In this document: in pieces, positions 9,462 through 19,443 of the stretch
How the letters are laid out: each line of letters starts with the position of its first letter
How positions within the stretch are numbered: the stretch's first letter is position 1
Source of the DNA: an uncultured Gemmatimonadaceae bacterium
GTDB taxonomy: Bacteria > Gemmatimonadota > Gemmatimonadetes > Gemmatimonadales > Gemmatimonadaceae
Direction: 5' to 3'
DNA: 64,000 nucleotides
NCBI GenBank assembly: GCA_963790305.1
Contig: CAWBOC010000010.1
Span: forward strand, 288,001 to 352,000
Position numbers and translations under genes: made by a program
Notes under the pieces: generated by a model
Database searches by the model: none
Told to the model about the DNA's origin: nothing
The model's input: the letters and a program-made list of their open reading frames with translations, nothing else

Positions 9462-10627
9462 TGAAGCGTTACCCGGCGTTCGATCCTCCCGAGTACGTCG
9501 CCTGGAAGCGCGACGATCGCGATGTCGAGGATTTCCGGCAGCGCGTGCGTGCCGACCCCGAGCGGGCGGCGATCATCGATCGCCTCACGAAGGACCAGCG
9601 GCTCGATCTCTACCGCGGTCTCGTGCGCACGCGTCTCACCGACATCGCGCTCAAGCGCTGGGTGCGCCAGGGCGTGATCTCGAAGGCCTGGCTGGGCACC
9701 GGTGAGGAGGCGACGACGGTGGGGCCGGTGGCGGCTCTACGGCGAATGCGGAATGCGGAAGGCGGATCAGAGGCATTGAACAGCATGCCGCAATCGCATT
9801 CCGCATTCCGCATTCCGCATTCGGACGTCGTTTCCCCGATGATAAGAAACTCGGGCGCTTGCTCGGAGATGGGCATGCCGGTCGCCGACATCTTTCGCGC
9901 GTACATGGGCACTGCCGACGGGCCAACCCGAGGACGAGACGGGCACTATGGGTCCTTCGCGCACGGCATCATCGCGCCCATCAGCCACGTTGGCGACATG
10001 GTGCCGATCGTCACCGGCATTGCACTCTCGTTCGTGGTCCGCGGCACCGGGCAGGTCGCGATGACGTGGATCGGGGACGGCAGCACCAAGGCAGGGGTGG
10101 CTCACGAAGGCCTCAACTTTGCCGCCGTTCGCCGCGCGCCGGCGATCTTCATCGTCCAGAACAATCAAGTCGCGCTCGGCACTCGCCTCGAGCAGCATCA
10201 CCTGCCGGCGACGACGTCGCGCTTCGCGGATTGGCCGCGCGCGTACGGGATGTGGGGTGGGGAGTTCGACGGCAATAACGTACTCGACGCGTACGCGATC
10301 GCGGCGCTCGCCGTCGAACGCTGCCGCCGTGGGGAGGGGCCGGCGCTCCTGGTCGCGGAGACGTTTCGCATGGGTGGCCACGCCACGCACGACGAGGCTG
10401 AGGCGCGCGAGACGTTCGACGCCGAGCTGTTCGCGAAGTGGGGACGTCGCGATCCCGTGGCGCTGTACGAGGAGTACCTCGTGGACGAGGGCGTCTCGCG
10501 CGCGACGCTCGGCGACATCGAAGCGGAGGTTGAAGCCGAAGTCGAGCGCGCTCAAGAGGAGGCCCTCGAGAGTCGGAAGGAGCGGATGCCGGTCGCGGAG
10601 AGTGCGGTGGAGGGAGTGTATGCCTGA
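9461..10627 (+). CDS. TPP-dependent 2-oxoacid dehydrogenase E1 alpha-like subunit with an in-frame repeat insertion
   Basis: GEEA, GDG...NN TPP motif, DGNN, FRMGGHATHD and RDP. The ATG overlaps the upstream TGA. Confidence 0.88.
   Translation: MKRYPAFDPPEYVAWKRDDRDVEDFRQRVRADPERAAIIDRLTKDQRLDLYRGLVRTRLTDIALKRWVRQGVISKAWLGTGEEATTVGPVAALRRMRNAEGGSEALNSMPQSHSAFRIPHSDVVSPMIRNSGACSEMGMPVADIFRAYMGTADGPTRGRDGHYGSFAHGIIAPISHVGDMVPIVTGIALSFVVRGTGQVAMTWIGDGSTKAGVAHEGLNFAAVRRAPAIFIVQNNQVALGTRLEQHHLPATTSRFADWPRAYGMWGGEFDGNNVLDAYAIAALAVERCRRGEGPALLVAETFRMGGHATHDEAEARETFDAELFAKWGRRDPVALYEEYLVDEGVSRATLGDIEAEVEAEVERAQEEALESRKERMPVAESAVEGVYA
9743..9823. repeat. (GAATGCG)n hairpin element inserted in-frame in E1-alpha
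   Basis: CGAATGCGG...CCGCATTCG, exactly 81 nt and starting on a codon boundary. Confidence 0.85.
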
Positions 10628-11879
10628 CTGCAGGGCGCTAGGGGCGCTAGGGGCGCTAAGGGCGCTGGCGCTCATGGGGGCTCTCGTCGCGTGCGGCGAT
10701 CGCGACGCGGCTCGCACCGACGGCGATACCACCGCGGCCGATACGGTCGGCACGACGTCCAATGTCGCGAGCGGCGCCGTCGTCGCGCTGCAGCTCGCTT
10801 CATATCCCGACACCGCGACTGCGGTCGCGAAACGTGACTCGCTCGATCGGGCAGGGTGGGACGCGTACGTCCGGGTCGCGGACGTCAACGGACGCACGTG
10901 GTACCGCGTGCTCGCGCTGCCATCGTCGGATGCCGCGCTGGCCGAGGCCGCGGCGCATTCGATTCGAGCGGCGCGCGGCAGAGATGCGGTGGTGGTCGTC
11001 CGCGACAGCGGCGCCCCCGTCGAGCCACGCGTGGCGACGCTCGTTCGCGTGAACACCCAGACGCAGGGCATGTTCGCGGTCGCGCGATGGGCGCTGTCTC
11101 AGGATCGCAACGCGATCATCGTGATGGACGACCCGGCGGCCGTCGAGGCCGAGCCCGTACCTAACGGGTTCTTCGTCGGCTCGGAGCGGCCCCTTCGCTA
11201 CGTGCGTCGTGACAGCGTCTGGGATGCCGCGCCGTCACCCGATTGGCGGCGCGTCGCGTTTGGCCGCGCGCACTTTCTCCGAGGCAATCGCGAGGATACC
11301 CTGCCGACCGCCCAGTGGGAGGCGTTTGCCAACCGGATCGGCATGCCGATCGAGGACGTTGTGGCCGGCCGCTTTCACGCCAGCGGGATGGGCGTCGCCT
11401 TTGGCTTTGCCCGGCCCGGTATCGTGGAGCTGGAGACCGGGGCCGACCGGATTTTTCCTGTCGGGTCGGGCTGGCGGGTTCGCTGGACCCGCGATGGCTC
11501 GCGGCTGATCGCCGGCCGCGCCCCAAACTCGGCGCAGGACTTCGCCCAGGCTACGGAGTGGGTGGCGCTCGACCCGCGAACGGGCGCGCCGAGCGGGGAG
11601 GTCCCCCGGGCTCATGAGCTCGCCGACGTGGCCTGGGTGGAAGGGCCGACCATAGATATCTCAGTGCAGCTCGATACGAGCCGCAAGGCCATTCCCATCG
11701 AGGATGGCGGCGTCGAGAGCCGGGGTGGCTGGATCAAGGCGCGTGGGCGCCTGATTGGTCCCGGAATGGTGCTCGCGGCCACGCGAAGCGGCCGATTCAT
11801 CGCGGCGCTCGTCCCCAACCCTGCCGCCAAAGAGTACGAGGCCAAGGAATACCTCGCCGTCTACGTGACGGCGCGCTGA
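10620..11879 (+). CDS. Lipoprotein with SPOR-like domain and beta-propeller-like C-terminus
   Basis: LVAC lipobox and the SPOR pattern LQLASY...AGWDAYV...GRTWYRV. Confidence 0.7.
   Translation: MPDCRALGALGALRALALMGALVACGDRDAARTDGDTTAADTVGTTSNVASGAVVALQLASYPDTATAVAKRDSLDRAGWDAYVRVADVNGRTWYRVLALPSSDAALAEAAAHSIRAARGRDAVVVVRDSGAPVEPRVATLVRVNTQTQGMFAVARWALSQDRNAIIVMDDPAAVEAEPVPNGFFVGSERPLRYVRRDSVWDAAPSPDWRRVAFGRAHFLRGNREDTLPTAQWEAFANRIGMPIEDVVAGRFHASGMGVAFGFARPGIVELETGADRIFPVGSGWRVRWTRDGSRLIAGRAPNSAQDFAQATEWVALDPRTGAPSGEVPRAHELADVAWVEGPTIDISVQLDTSRKAIPIEDGGVESRGGWIKARGRLIGPGMVLAATRSGRFIAALVPNPAAKEYEAKEYLAVYVTAR
10632..10667. repeat. Single-arm (GGGCGCTAR)n 9-mer tract within a signal peptide
   Basis: Four units encode RALGALGALRAL; the unit matches the 20650 and 21841 elements. 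Confidence 0.65.
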
Positions 11880-11898
11880 GCGGAGGCGTCTTGCTAAC

Positions 11899-12841
11899 GT
11901 GCGCCGTAGACTCCTCTTAGCCATTCCGCTTCTCGCCGCCGCACCCCTCCAGGCCCAGGGTGTGCTCTCGCGCGCGGATAATTTGCTGCGGGTCGGACGC
12001 ATGTTCGCGGCGGAGACGCTGTACTACTACGCCGTGCGACGCGCACCGCGTGATCCGGAGGCACGCCTTGCCCTCGGTCGCTATCTCGCGGCGCGCGGCG
12101 CCCTTCGCATCGGTGCCGTCCTGATGGAAGAGGCGCGCTACTTCGGCGCCGATCCGAAGAAGGTCGCCGTCTATCTCGCCCCTGTGTACACGCAGCTCGG
12201 TGACTTTCGAGCGCTCGCGGGGCTGCCTAACACTCCGCTTCACAACGCCGAGCGCTCGCGGGCGGAGTGGCTGCGCGCGCATCCGCCCGCTCTGGATGGA
12301 CCCGATTCCGTTTCGATTCACTGGACGCCGTCCGATACCGGCGTGCTCGGAACGGTCGTGCTGCGCATCGGTCAGGCGACCGTGCGCGCGACGCTCGATC
12401 CGCGCGCACATGGCCTCGTGCTCGACACGGCGTGGATGCGGAGCAACGAGACCAAGGTCTTCGCATCCAAGTTCGACAACGACGTGCGCAACGCCGCGGG
12501 GGTGACGCTGGCTGTCTCGCTCGGCGACCTCACCGTGCGCCACGTGCTCACGAGCTTCGCGCCACAGCTCGTCCCCGACCGACGCCGTCATCGGATTGGA
12601 CGTCCTCATGCCACTTGCCCCAACGGTCGATGCCGCCGCTCGGCGCATCGTCCTCCGCAAGGGCGGCCGAGTCGAGCGCGACCTGGCGGGCGAGCGCGTG
12701 CAAACGCTGCTCTTCGGATCGGGGCTCTGGCTGGTGTGGGAACAGTCGATGATCCCGCTCGGCGGCGAGGAGGCGCGACGTCTACTGGCGGGCGGTGCGT
12801 GGACGCTGGATTGGCGAAGAGGGCAGCTGGTGGCGCACTAA
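11899..12841 (+). CDS. Secreted TPR-like plus aspartyl-protease-like-fold protein, split by an apparent +1 frameshift near 12573
   Basis: Removing one C from GTCCCCG joins ORF 11899 to ORF 12596-12841 and gives ...QLVPTDAVIGLDVL...; ATLDP sits where LDTG is expected. Confidence 0.6.
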
Positions 12842-12911
12842 GAGGTGCTCGAGGTGCTCGAGGGAAACTGCAGTCCCCTGGAGCACCTCGAGCACGTTGA
12901 GCACCTCGACT
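12842..12911. repeat. Hairpin element with GCTCGAGGT 9-mer arms between convergent genes
   Basis: GAGGTGCTCGAGGTGCTCGAGGG pairs with GAGCACCTCGAGCACGTTGAGCACCTCGA. Confidence 0.8.
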
Positions 12912-13374
12912 ACCTTCCGGCTCTTCGCACCTCGACCATCAGACAGCGGTCCTGCACCACGTCAATCCCCGCGCGTGCGAGACGCTCGGCCACTTCGTCA
13001 TTACGAATTCCCGACTGCATCCACACCGCCTTGGGTTTTTTCGCGAGGATGTCGTCGAGGTGCGGGGGGACGTCCTGCGACCGGCGGAACACGTTCACCA
13101 GGTCGACGTCACCGGGAATGTCCGCGACACGCCGATACACCCGCTCGCCCAGGATCGTGGTGGCCTCCGGATAGTACACGGGTACGGGGATGATCTCGTA
13201 CCCCGCGCTCTGCACGGACTCGGGCACGTAGTACGCCGGCTGGAAGGACTGCGCCTCGGTCTTGATCCCGATGACCGCGATGCGCTTGATGCGATGCAGG
13301 AGATCGCGAATCTGCTCGCTGGACTCGAGCAGGTGACTGCGCCAGTTGGCCGCGTCCGCGGGCGTCGAGGTCAT
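12910..13374 (-). CDS. CoA-binding protein (YccU-like)
   Basis: IAVIG, DLVNVFRRS, VWMQSGI and VVQDRC. Confidence 0.9.
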   Translation of the reverse strand: MTSTPADAANWRSHLLESSEQIRDLLHRIKRIAVIGIKTEAQSFQPAYYVPESVQSAGYEIIPVPVYYPEATTILGERVYRRVADIPGDVDLVNVFRRSQDVPPHLDDILAKKPKAVWMQSGIRNDEVAERLARAGIDVVQDRCLMVEVRRAGR

Positions 13375-13381
13375 GCTCCAG

Positions 13382-14896
13382 CTATCCGCGAGGTTCGTGC
13401 TCACGAGAGCCAGCTCGGGTGGCCGGCTCAATGGCCGGGAGCAGAATCCGGAAGGTCGTCCCTCGGTGCGGCACGCTTTCCACGTCGATCTGGCCGCCGG
13501 CCTGTCGAATGATCCCGAACACAGTCGCCAGACCCAGTCCTGTACCTTGACCCGGTGGCTTGGTGGTGAAAAAAGGCTCGAACACGTGCGCCAACGTATC
13601 GGGGGTCATCCCGGAGCCAGTATCGCCGACCGCGATCACCGCGAACCGGCCCGATTGCACGTCCGCCAGTGCCGCGGCGTGCTGATCCAGCTGGCTCGTC
13701 TCGACATGAATGGTGATGACCCCCGTACCAGCGATCGCGTCGTTGGCGTTCACAATCAGATTGATCATCACGCGCTCGAGCTGTTCCGCGTCGACGATCA
13801 CCTCGATGGCTTCGGGGCCCGGGTCGAGGACGAGTGTAACCCCTGGTCGCAGCAGTCGCTCCAGCATGGGGCGAAGCTCGATGAGAAACGAAGCGACTCG
13901 GAGGCGACGAGGGGCTTGAGGCGATCGCCGGGAGAAGAGGAGGAGCTGTCTCGCGAGTGACGCCGCGCGATCGGTGGCGCGCTTGATCTGCTGGAGGTCA
14001 GCCATTGGCGGCTCGTCAGGTCCTAGCTGGTACATGAGAAGGTCCGCGTACGAGCGCACGATGGTCAGGAGGTTGTTGAAGTCGTGGGCGACGCCGCTCG
14101 CGAACCGCGCGACCGCCTCCATCTTTTCCAGGCGCGCGATGCGTTGAGCCAGACGCTGACGATCCGTCACGTCGCGAAAGCTCCACACGCGTCCCACGGT
14201 GCGACCGCCAATGCGCTGCGGCTGCGAATACCGCTCGAAGGTCCGGCCGTCCTTGAACTCCAGCACGTCGAAGCTCTTCGCATCACGCTGCGCATAGAGC
14301 TCCTGCACCTTGGACAGAAACTGCGCTGGATCGCGGAGCTGGTCGAGCACGTAGGCGATCGCGGCCCGATCGTCGCCGCTCTCGAGCACCGTGGCCGGAA
14401 TGCGCCACAACTCGGTGAATCTGCGATTGTGGCTGACAATGCGTCCTTCCGTGTCCACGACGAGCAAGCCATCCGCCGTGGATTCGAGCGTCGCCTGCTG
14501 AAGCGATATGGTTTGCTCGAGCTCCTTGCGCGCACGTTTCTGTTCCGTGACGTCGCGCACGAACGTCAGCAGTGCAGGCATCCCCTCGAAAACCACGGCC
14601 ACCGTCGACACTTGTCCGTCGATCTTGATGCCGTCGAGGCGCACGAGCTCGACATCCATGAGTGGCTGGGCAACCCCCTGCTCGCTCGCCTCGCGCAGGC
14701 GCGAGCGGACGCGCTCATGAAAGTCCGCTGTGGCGAACTGGAGCACCGGTTGTCCAACGAGCTCGGCAAGTGCACGCGCGCCGATCAAGCGGAGGCCGGC
14801 CGCATTGCTGAAAACGAACCGGCCGTCGCGGTGAACGAAGATCGCGTCAGGCGCGAGCTCCACCAGGGTGCGGTATCGCTCTTCGTGCTCGTCCAT
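13382..14896 (-). CDS. Cytoplasmic PAS-PAS histidine kinase
   Basis: Two PAS domains, GVAHDFNNLL H-box, NLIVNA, DTGSGM and FEPFFTTK..GTGLGL; no receiver domain. Confidence 0.9.
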   Translation of the reverse strand: MDEHEERYRTLVELAPDAIFVHRDGRFVFSNAAGLRLIGARALAELVGQPVLQFATADFHERVRSRLREASEQGVAQPLMDVELVRLDGIKIDGQVSTVAVVFEGMPALLTFVRDVTEQKRARKELEQTISLQQATLESTADGLLVVDTEGRIVSHNRRFTELWRIPATVLESGDDRAAIAYVLDQLRDPAQFLSKVQELYAQRDAKSFDVLEFKDGRTFERYSQPQRIGGRTVGRVWSFRDVTDRQRLAQRIARLEKMEAVARFASGVAHDFNNLLTIVRSYADLLMYQLGPDEPPMADLQQIKRATDRAASLARQLLLFSRRSPQAPRRLRVASFLIELRPMLERLLRPGVTLVLDPGPEAIEVIVDAEQLERVMINLIVNANDAIAGTGVITIHVETSQLDQHAAALADVQSGRFAVIAVGDTGSGMTPDTLAHVFEPFFTTKPPGQGTGLGLATVFGIIRQAGGQIDVESVPHRGTTFRILLPAIEPATRAGSREHEPRG

Positions 14897-15070
14897 GGCG
14901 CGCGTGAGGAGTACCCTTCGGCCATTATGCGCGCCCTGGGTGTACGCGCAAGGCCCAGCTGTCAAATGAGTGATCGTGCGTGAAAGATCGTGCATGCTGA
15001 CGTCACGCACGATGGCGGGTTAGCTTTCGAACTCTCGTTCCATTTTGTATCGCTTTGGAGATTTTGGCAC

Positions 15071-16216
15071 ATGCACATGCTCGTTCTCGGCGCGGGGCTT
15101 CAAGGCTCCGCGTGCGCTTATGATCTGCTTCAAAATCCCGAGGTCACGGAGGTCCGGCTCGCCGACATCCGCATCGAGCATCTCGCCGATTTCCTGGCTC
15201 CGTACTCGGGAAGCCGGCTGATTCCCACCCATCTGGATGTGCGCGATCACGAAGCCGTCCGCGCGCTCATGCGAGAGAGCGACGCCGCCATGAGCGCCAT
15301 CCCCTACTACTTCAATCTCGATCTCGCCCGCCTGGCTGCTGAAACGGGCACGCACTTCTGCGATCTCGGCGGCAATACGGAGATCGTCTTTCAGCAGAAG
15401 CGACTCGAGGCGAGGGCGCGGGAAAGCGGGTGCACGATCGTCCCCGATTGCGGTGTGGCGCCGGGGATGGTGAACGTCCTCGCGCAGTATGGCATCGAGA
15501 AGCTCGACAAGGTGAAGTCGGTGAAGATCTACGTCGGGGGCCTCCCACAGCATCCCGAGCCCCCGCTCAACTATCAGATCGTGTATTCCCTCGAGGGCGT
15601 GCTCGACTACTACACGACGCTGTCATGGGTGGTACGCGACGGAAAACGCACCCAGGTGAAGGCACTGTCCGAGCGCGAGAAGGTGTCGTTTGCGCAGCCA
15701 GTCGGTGAGCTGGAGGCGTTTCACACCGCGGGCGGCCTCTCGACGATGGCGTTCCGGTACGAGGGAAAGATTCCCACGATGGAGTACAAGACGCTGCGCT
15801 ATCCGGGTCACGCGCACATCATGGAGGCGATTCGCGATCTCGGTCTGCTCGACCTGGCGCCGGTCGACGTGAAGGGAGTGAAGGTCGTGCCGCGCGACCT
15901 GTTCGTGAACGTGGTCGGTCCGCGTCTCACCAAGCCGACCGGTCGCGACCTGGTCGCCCTCCGCGTGATCGTGGAAGGGACGAAGGACGGCAAGGCCAAG
16001 CGCGTCGGGTGGGAGCTGCTCGATTTCTACGATGAGGCCCGCGGCATCAGCGCGATGATGCGCACGACGGGATTCTCACTCTCGATTACCGGCCAGATGC
16101 AGGTGCGCGGCGAGATCACGCCGCCCGGTGTGTGGACGCCTGACGAGTGCGTGCCCGCCGCCCGGTATGTTGCGGAGCTGGAGCGGCGAGGAGTGCATGT
16201 GCGTGAGGTGAGTTAG
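15071..16216 (+). CDS. Saccharopine dehydrogenase / lysine 6-dehydrogenase family
   Basis: LGAGLQG, DLGGN, DCGVAPG, YKTLRYPGH and AMMRTTG. Confidence 0.88.
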   Translation: MHMLVLGAGLQGSACAYDLLQNPEVTEVRLADIRIEHLADFLAPYSGSRLIPTHLDVRDHEAVRALMRESDAAMSAIPYYFNLDLARLAAETGTHFCDLGGNTEIVFQQKRLEARARESGCTIVPDCGVAPGMVNVLAQYGIEKLDKVKSVKIYVGGLPQHPEPPLNYQIVYSLEGVLDYYTTLSWVVRDGKRTQVKALSEREKVSFAQPVGELEAFHTAGGLSTMAFRYEGKIPTMEYKTLRYPGHAHIMEAIRDLGLLDLAPVDVKGVKVVPRDLFVNVVGPRLTKPTGRDLVALRVIVEGTKDGKAKRVGWELLDFYDEARGISAMMRTTGFSLSITGQMQVRGEITPPGVWTPDECVPAARYVAELERRGVHVREVS

Positions 16217-16357
16217 GGGTCAGGGGTCAGGAGTCAGGGGTCAGGGGTGGAAAGGCGGCGCGGCTTCGCCGCTGCCGCCTCATTCTGATGAGCAAACGGC
16301 AGCGCTGTTGCGCTGCCGTTTGCCTTTCCACCCCTGACCCCTGACTCCTGACCCCTA
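16214..16357. mobile_element. TA-bounded (TCAGGRG)n-armed element with branched core, copy A
   Basis: TAGGG...CCCTA ends, 4 and 3 heptamer units, and a three-hairpin core containing CTCATTCTGATGAG. Mobility is inferred. Confidence 0.7.
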
Positions 16358-18055
16358 GTCTCTTACCCACGACGCGAGCGTCGCGCCCATGGCGTCGATC
16401 GTCTCCTTCGCCTTGTTCAGATCGCCGCCGTTGTAGATGAAGGCGAATCCGAGCACCTCGCCGCTCTCCGCGGTCACGTAGCCGCCGAGCGAGATCACGG
16501 TATTGGTGGTCCCGGTCTTCGCGTGCAGGTTGCCCTGCGCGGGCGTGAGACGCATCCGGTGTCGCAGCAGCTCCGACTCACCTGCTACCGGCAGCGAGGT
16601 GTGGAAGACGTCCGACCATGGGGCGCGGTGCGAGTAGTCGAGCAGCTGAATCAGCGCACGCGGAGTGACGCGATCGAGGACTGACAGGCCGCTGCCGTCC
16701 GCCGCGTATACCGATCCGGGCGCGGCGCCCACCTTCTGCGTCATGAAGCGCTGAAGGAGACTATTGCCGCTTTCCACCGTCCCCGGGCCTCCGTTCGACG
16801 AGCGCGCTGCATTGCGGAAGATCAGCTCGGCGTAATGGTTCACGCTCTCGCGATTCATCACCGAGAGGAGCCGCGCGAGCGGCGGCGATGGGAGCGAGGC
16901 GACCACGGCGGCCGTGTCCGACGTTTCCCCGAGACGCGTCTGGCCGGCGATCGTAATGCCCTGCGTTTCGAGCGCGCGACGGAAGGCGCCAGCCGTGAAC
17001 CTCGCGGGATCCTCCACGACGATCTGGTACCGGCGCGTTCCCGCGCGGGCACCGATCCAGCCGCGCACCTCGATGGTCCCGTCGTCCAGCGTGCGAACGA
17101 TCACGCGCGCGGCGCGGCTGCCCGCGACGGTGCGCACCTTGTTGGCGAGCGGGAGCTCGGTCGCAGGATCGAGAACGACTTGCGCCGGCTGCTTGGAGCT
17201 CGCGCCAGGCTGCACGACGATCCAGAGCAGGTTCTCGTTGAGCGAGAGCGCCGAGACGCGGGCGGCGTACCCCGCATGCAGGTAGCGGCGCTGCCATCCA
17301 TCTGGGATGCGACGCTGATCGAAGGCGCTTGCGTCGGCGATGAGATCGCCCGACACCCGCTTGATGCCCTTCGACGCCACCAGTTGCGCGAGGAGCTCGA
17401 CTGGCGCCGCCGGACCACCCTGAAGGAATCGGCTGGAGAGCGCGGGATCTCCGTCCCCCCGCATGACGAGATTGCCCTCGAGCGTCCCGTCCGGGGTCAC
17501 GACGCCATCGCGAAGCACGTCCGTGCTGAACTGGTGGTCGGGCCCGAACTGCTCGAGCGCCAGCGCCGCCGTGAACAGCTTCATGTTGGACGCCGGCGAC
17601 AGCAGCAGGTCGGGGTTCACCGAGTACAGCGTGTCTCCGCGCGTGAGCGACACGACCATCACGCCCCAGCGGCCGTTGCGAACGCGGGCCCCCAGCATGG
17701 TCCCGAGGTCCGAGGAGAGGGCAAGCGCGCCCTTGGGCGTCGTGTGGCGAAGTGGCGGAGTCGCGGGCCGCCGCACACGTCGGACACGCCGGCGCGACCG
17801 CTGACGCCCTCGCTGCTGCGGCGGGTCGACGGACCGCACGGCCGGCGGGGACGCCGGCGCAGCGGGAGCCGCGACGCCGTCGCCTTCCTGAGCAGGAAGC
17901 GCGATCGCCGTGCTCTCGAGCGCAATAACGAGCAGCACCCAGCGGGAAGCCAGGATGCGATGACGTGCAGATCGAAGCAGGCTCATGAGGCTACCAAAGG
18001 CAACTCGCATTCCACGCCGGCCGTTAAGAGCCAACGCTTTGCGAATCAATGACAT
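16355..18055 (-). CDS. dacB: D-alanyl-D-alanine carboxypeptidase/endopeptidase (PBP4, peptidase S13)
   Basis: PASNMK (SxxK), SVN (SxN), DGSGLS and AKTGT. The start may instead be 17986. Confidence 0.92.
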   Translation of the reverse strand: MSLIRKALALNGRRGMRVAFGSLMSLLRSARHRILASRWVLLVIALESTAIALPAQEGDGVAAPAAPASPPAVRSVDPPQQRGRQRSRRRVRRVRRPATPPLRHTTPKGALALSSDLGTMLGARVRNGRWGVMVVSLTRGDTLYSVNPDLLLSPASNMKLFTAALALEQFGPDHQFSTDVLRDGVVTPDGTLEGNLVMRGDGDPALSSRFLQGGPAAPVELLAQLVASKGIKRVSGDLIADASAFDQRRIPDGWQRRYLHAGYAARVSALSLNENLLWIVVQPGASSKQPAQVVLDPATELPLANKVRTVAGSRAARVIVRTLDDGTIEVRGWIGARAGTRRYQIVVEDPARFTAGAFRRALETQGITIAGQTRLGETSDTAAVVASLPSPPLARLLSVMNRESVNHYAELIFRNAARSSNGGPGTVESGNSLLQRFMTQKVGAAPGSVYAADGSGLSVLDRVTPRALIQLLDYSHRAPWSDVFHTSLPVAGESELLRHRMRLTPAQGNLHAKTGTTNTVISLGGYVTAESGEVLGFAFIYNGGDLNKAKETIDAMGATLASWVRD

Positions 18056-18129
18056 GAGGGAGGTGGCGGGGCGGCGCGGTGCCCCTTGAGATGTAACGAG
18101 TGAGGCGGGTTCACGTCACCCAAAAGCGA

Positions 18130-18222
18130 CGGATGCGGAAAACGGAATGCGGACCTTTTTGTTCGGAGTCTCTTCGTACGAACGCTTTTACCACAATTCC
18201 GAATTCCGCGTTCCGTATTCGC
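18130..18222. repeat. Degenerate (GAATGCG)n hairpin element
   Basis: CGGATGCGGAAAACGGAATGCGGA pairs with TTCCGAATTCCGCGTTCCGTATTCG. Confidence 0.65.
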
Positions 18223-18228
18223 GGGCGC

Positions 18229-19443
18229 TCAGACCTTCAGAAAGACTCTCTTCCGGTAGAGTACCGCCAGGATCCCAAACCACAGCAGGACGAAACACAC
18301 CGCATACAGCAACGACGCGTTCATCGGCGCCAGCCAGCTCGCGAACGTCGAGTCGTAGGTCGCGCGCTGAAGCGAGACGCTCTGGCCGTCGCGCTCGACC
18401 TTGATGATCGAGCCCATGAGCCGCGCCATCATCCCGGACCCGACGAACGCGAGAATCGGGTTCATGCCGAAGACCACGAACGGCTTCGTCCATCCGGTGA
18501 TTCGCTGGACATCAATGAGCCAAATGCACGTGGCGATCGTGACACACGCCATCCCGGCCGTGAAGAGCACGTACGAGCTGGTCCACAGATTCTTGTTGAT
18601 CGGGAACCACCAGCTCCAGATCAGGCCTGCAACCATCCCGATCGCGCCGATCGCGAACAGCGCGGCGAGGCGCTCCATCAATGGTCTCGGCGACGCAATC
18701 CATCGCCCGGCGAAGACGCCGAGCATCGCGGTGCCGATGGCCGGCAGGGTGGAAAGAATTCCCTCGGGGTCCCACGTCTTCGAGACGCGCCAGAGGTGGG
18801 TGCCGAGCAGCGTGCGATCGAGCCAGGCGGCGATCGAGCCATCCGGTGTGGCGAGCGCGACAGCTCCGAGTGCACCAGTTCCGGGAACGGGGATCAGCGT
18901 CATCACCGCCCAGTACCCCAGCAGCAGCGTCGCCACGATCACCACCTGGGTTCGCGTGCTCGTGCGGAGCGTGAGCAGTCCGGCGGCGATGTATGCGACG
19001 CCGATGCGCTGGAGCACTCCAGGGAAGCGCATCGTCGCCGGGTCGAATCCGTATTGCGGGATGAAGGGGAATCCGGACAGGAGCAGACCGAGCAGAATGA
19101 TGATCCCGCCTCGGCGCAGCACCTGCCTGACGAGCATCCCCTCGTCGTCACCGCGCGTGCGACGGGCGGCCAGCGAGAGGTGCGTGGTGATGCCGACAAT
19201 GAAGAGAAAGAACGGGAAGATGAGATCGGTTGGCGTCCACCCGTGCCACGCCGCGTGCCGCAGCGGTGGGTAGATCGCGCCCCACGTCCCGGGATTGTTG
19301 ACGAGCAGCATTCCCGCGATCGTGAGACCACGAAAGACGTCGAGGGCGACCAGGCGCTCGCGTTGCGCGGGCGGAGTCGTCACCGATGCGTCGTACGCCG
19401 CCGGGGCGGTCGCGCCCGTACGCGGCGGCGCCTCCGACCTCAC
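18229..19443 (-). CDS. Heparan-alpha-glucosaminide N-acetyltransferase-like membrane acyltransferase
   Basis: [38 protein letters not shown] and PINKNLWT. Confidence 0.9.
   Translation of the reverse strand: MRSEAPPRTGATAPAAYDASVTTPPAQRERLVALDVFRGLTIAGMLLVNNPGTWGAIYPPLRHAAWHGWTPTDLIFPFFLFIVGITTHLSLAARRTRGDDEGMLVRQVLRRGGIIILLGLLLSGFPFIPQYGFDPATMRFPGVLQRIGVAYIAAGLLTLRTSTRTQVVIVATLLLGYWAVMTLIPVPGTGALGAVALATPDGSIAAWLDRTLLGTHLWRVSKTWDPEGILSTLPAIGTAMLGVFAGRWIASPRPLMERLAALFAIGAIGMVAGLIWSWWFPINKNLWTSSYVLFTAGMACVTIATCIWLIDVQRITGWTKPFVVFGMNPILAFVGSGMMARLMGSIIKVERDGQSVSLQRATYDSTFASWLAPMNASLLYAVCFVLLWFGILAVLYRKRVFLKV

Noticed and set aside
16285..16330. Hammerhead ribozyme suggested by CTGATGAG followed by a stem
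   Set aside because: The required GAAA after stem II is absent (CTTTCC instead), CTGATGA is tied up in its own hairpin, and copy C reads CAGATGAG.
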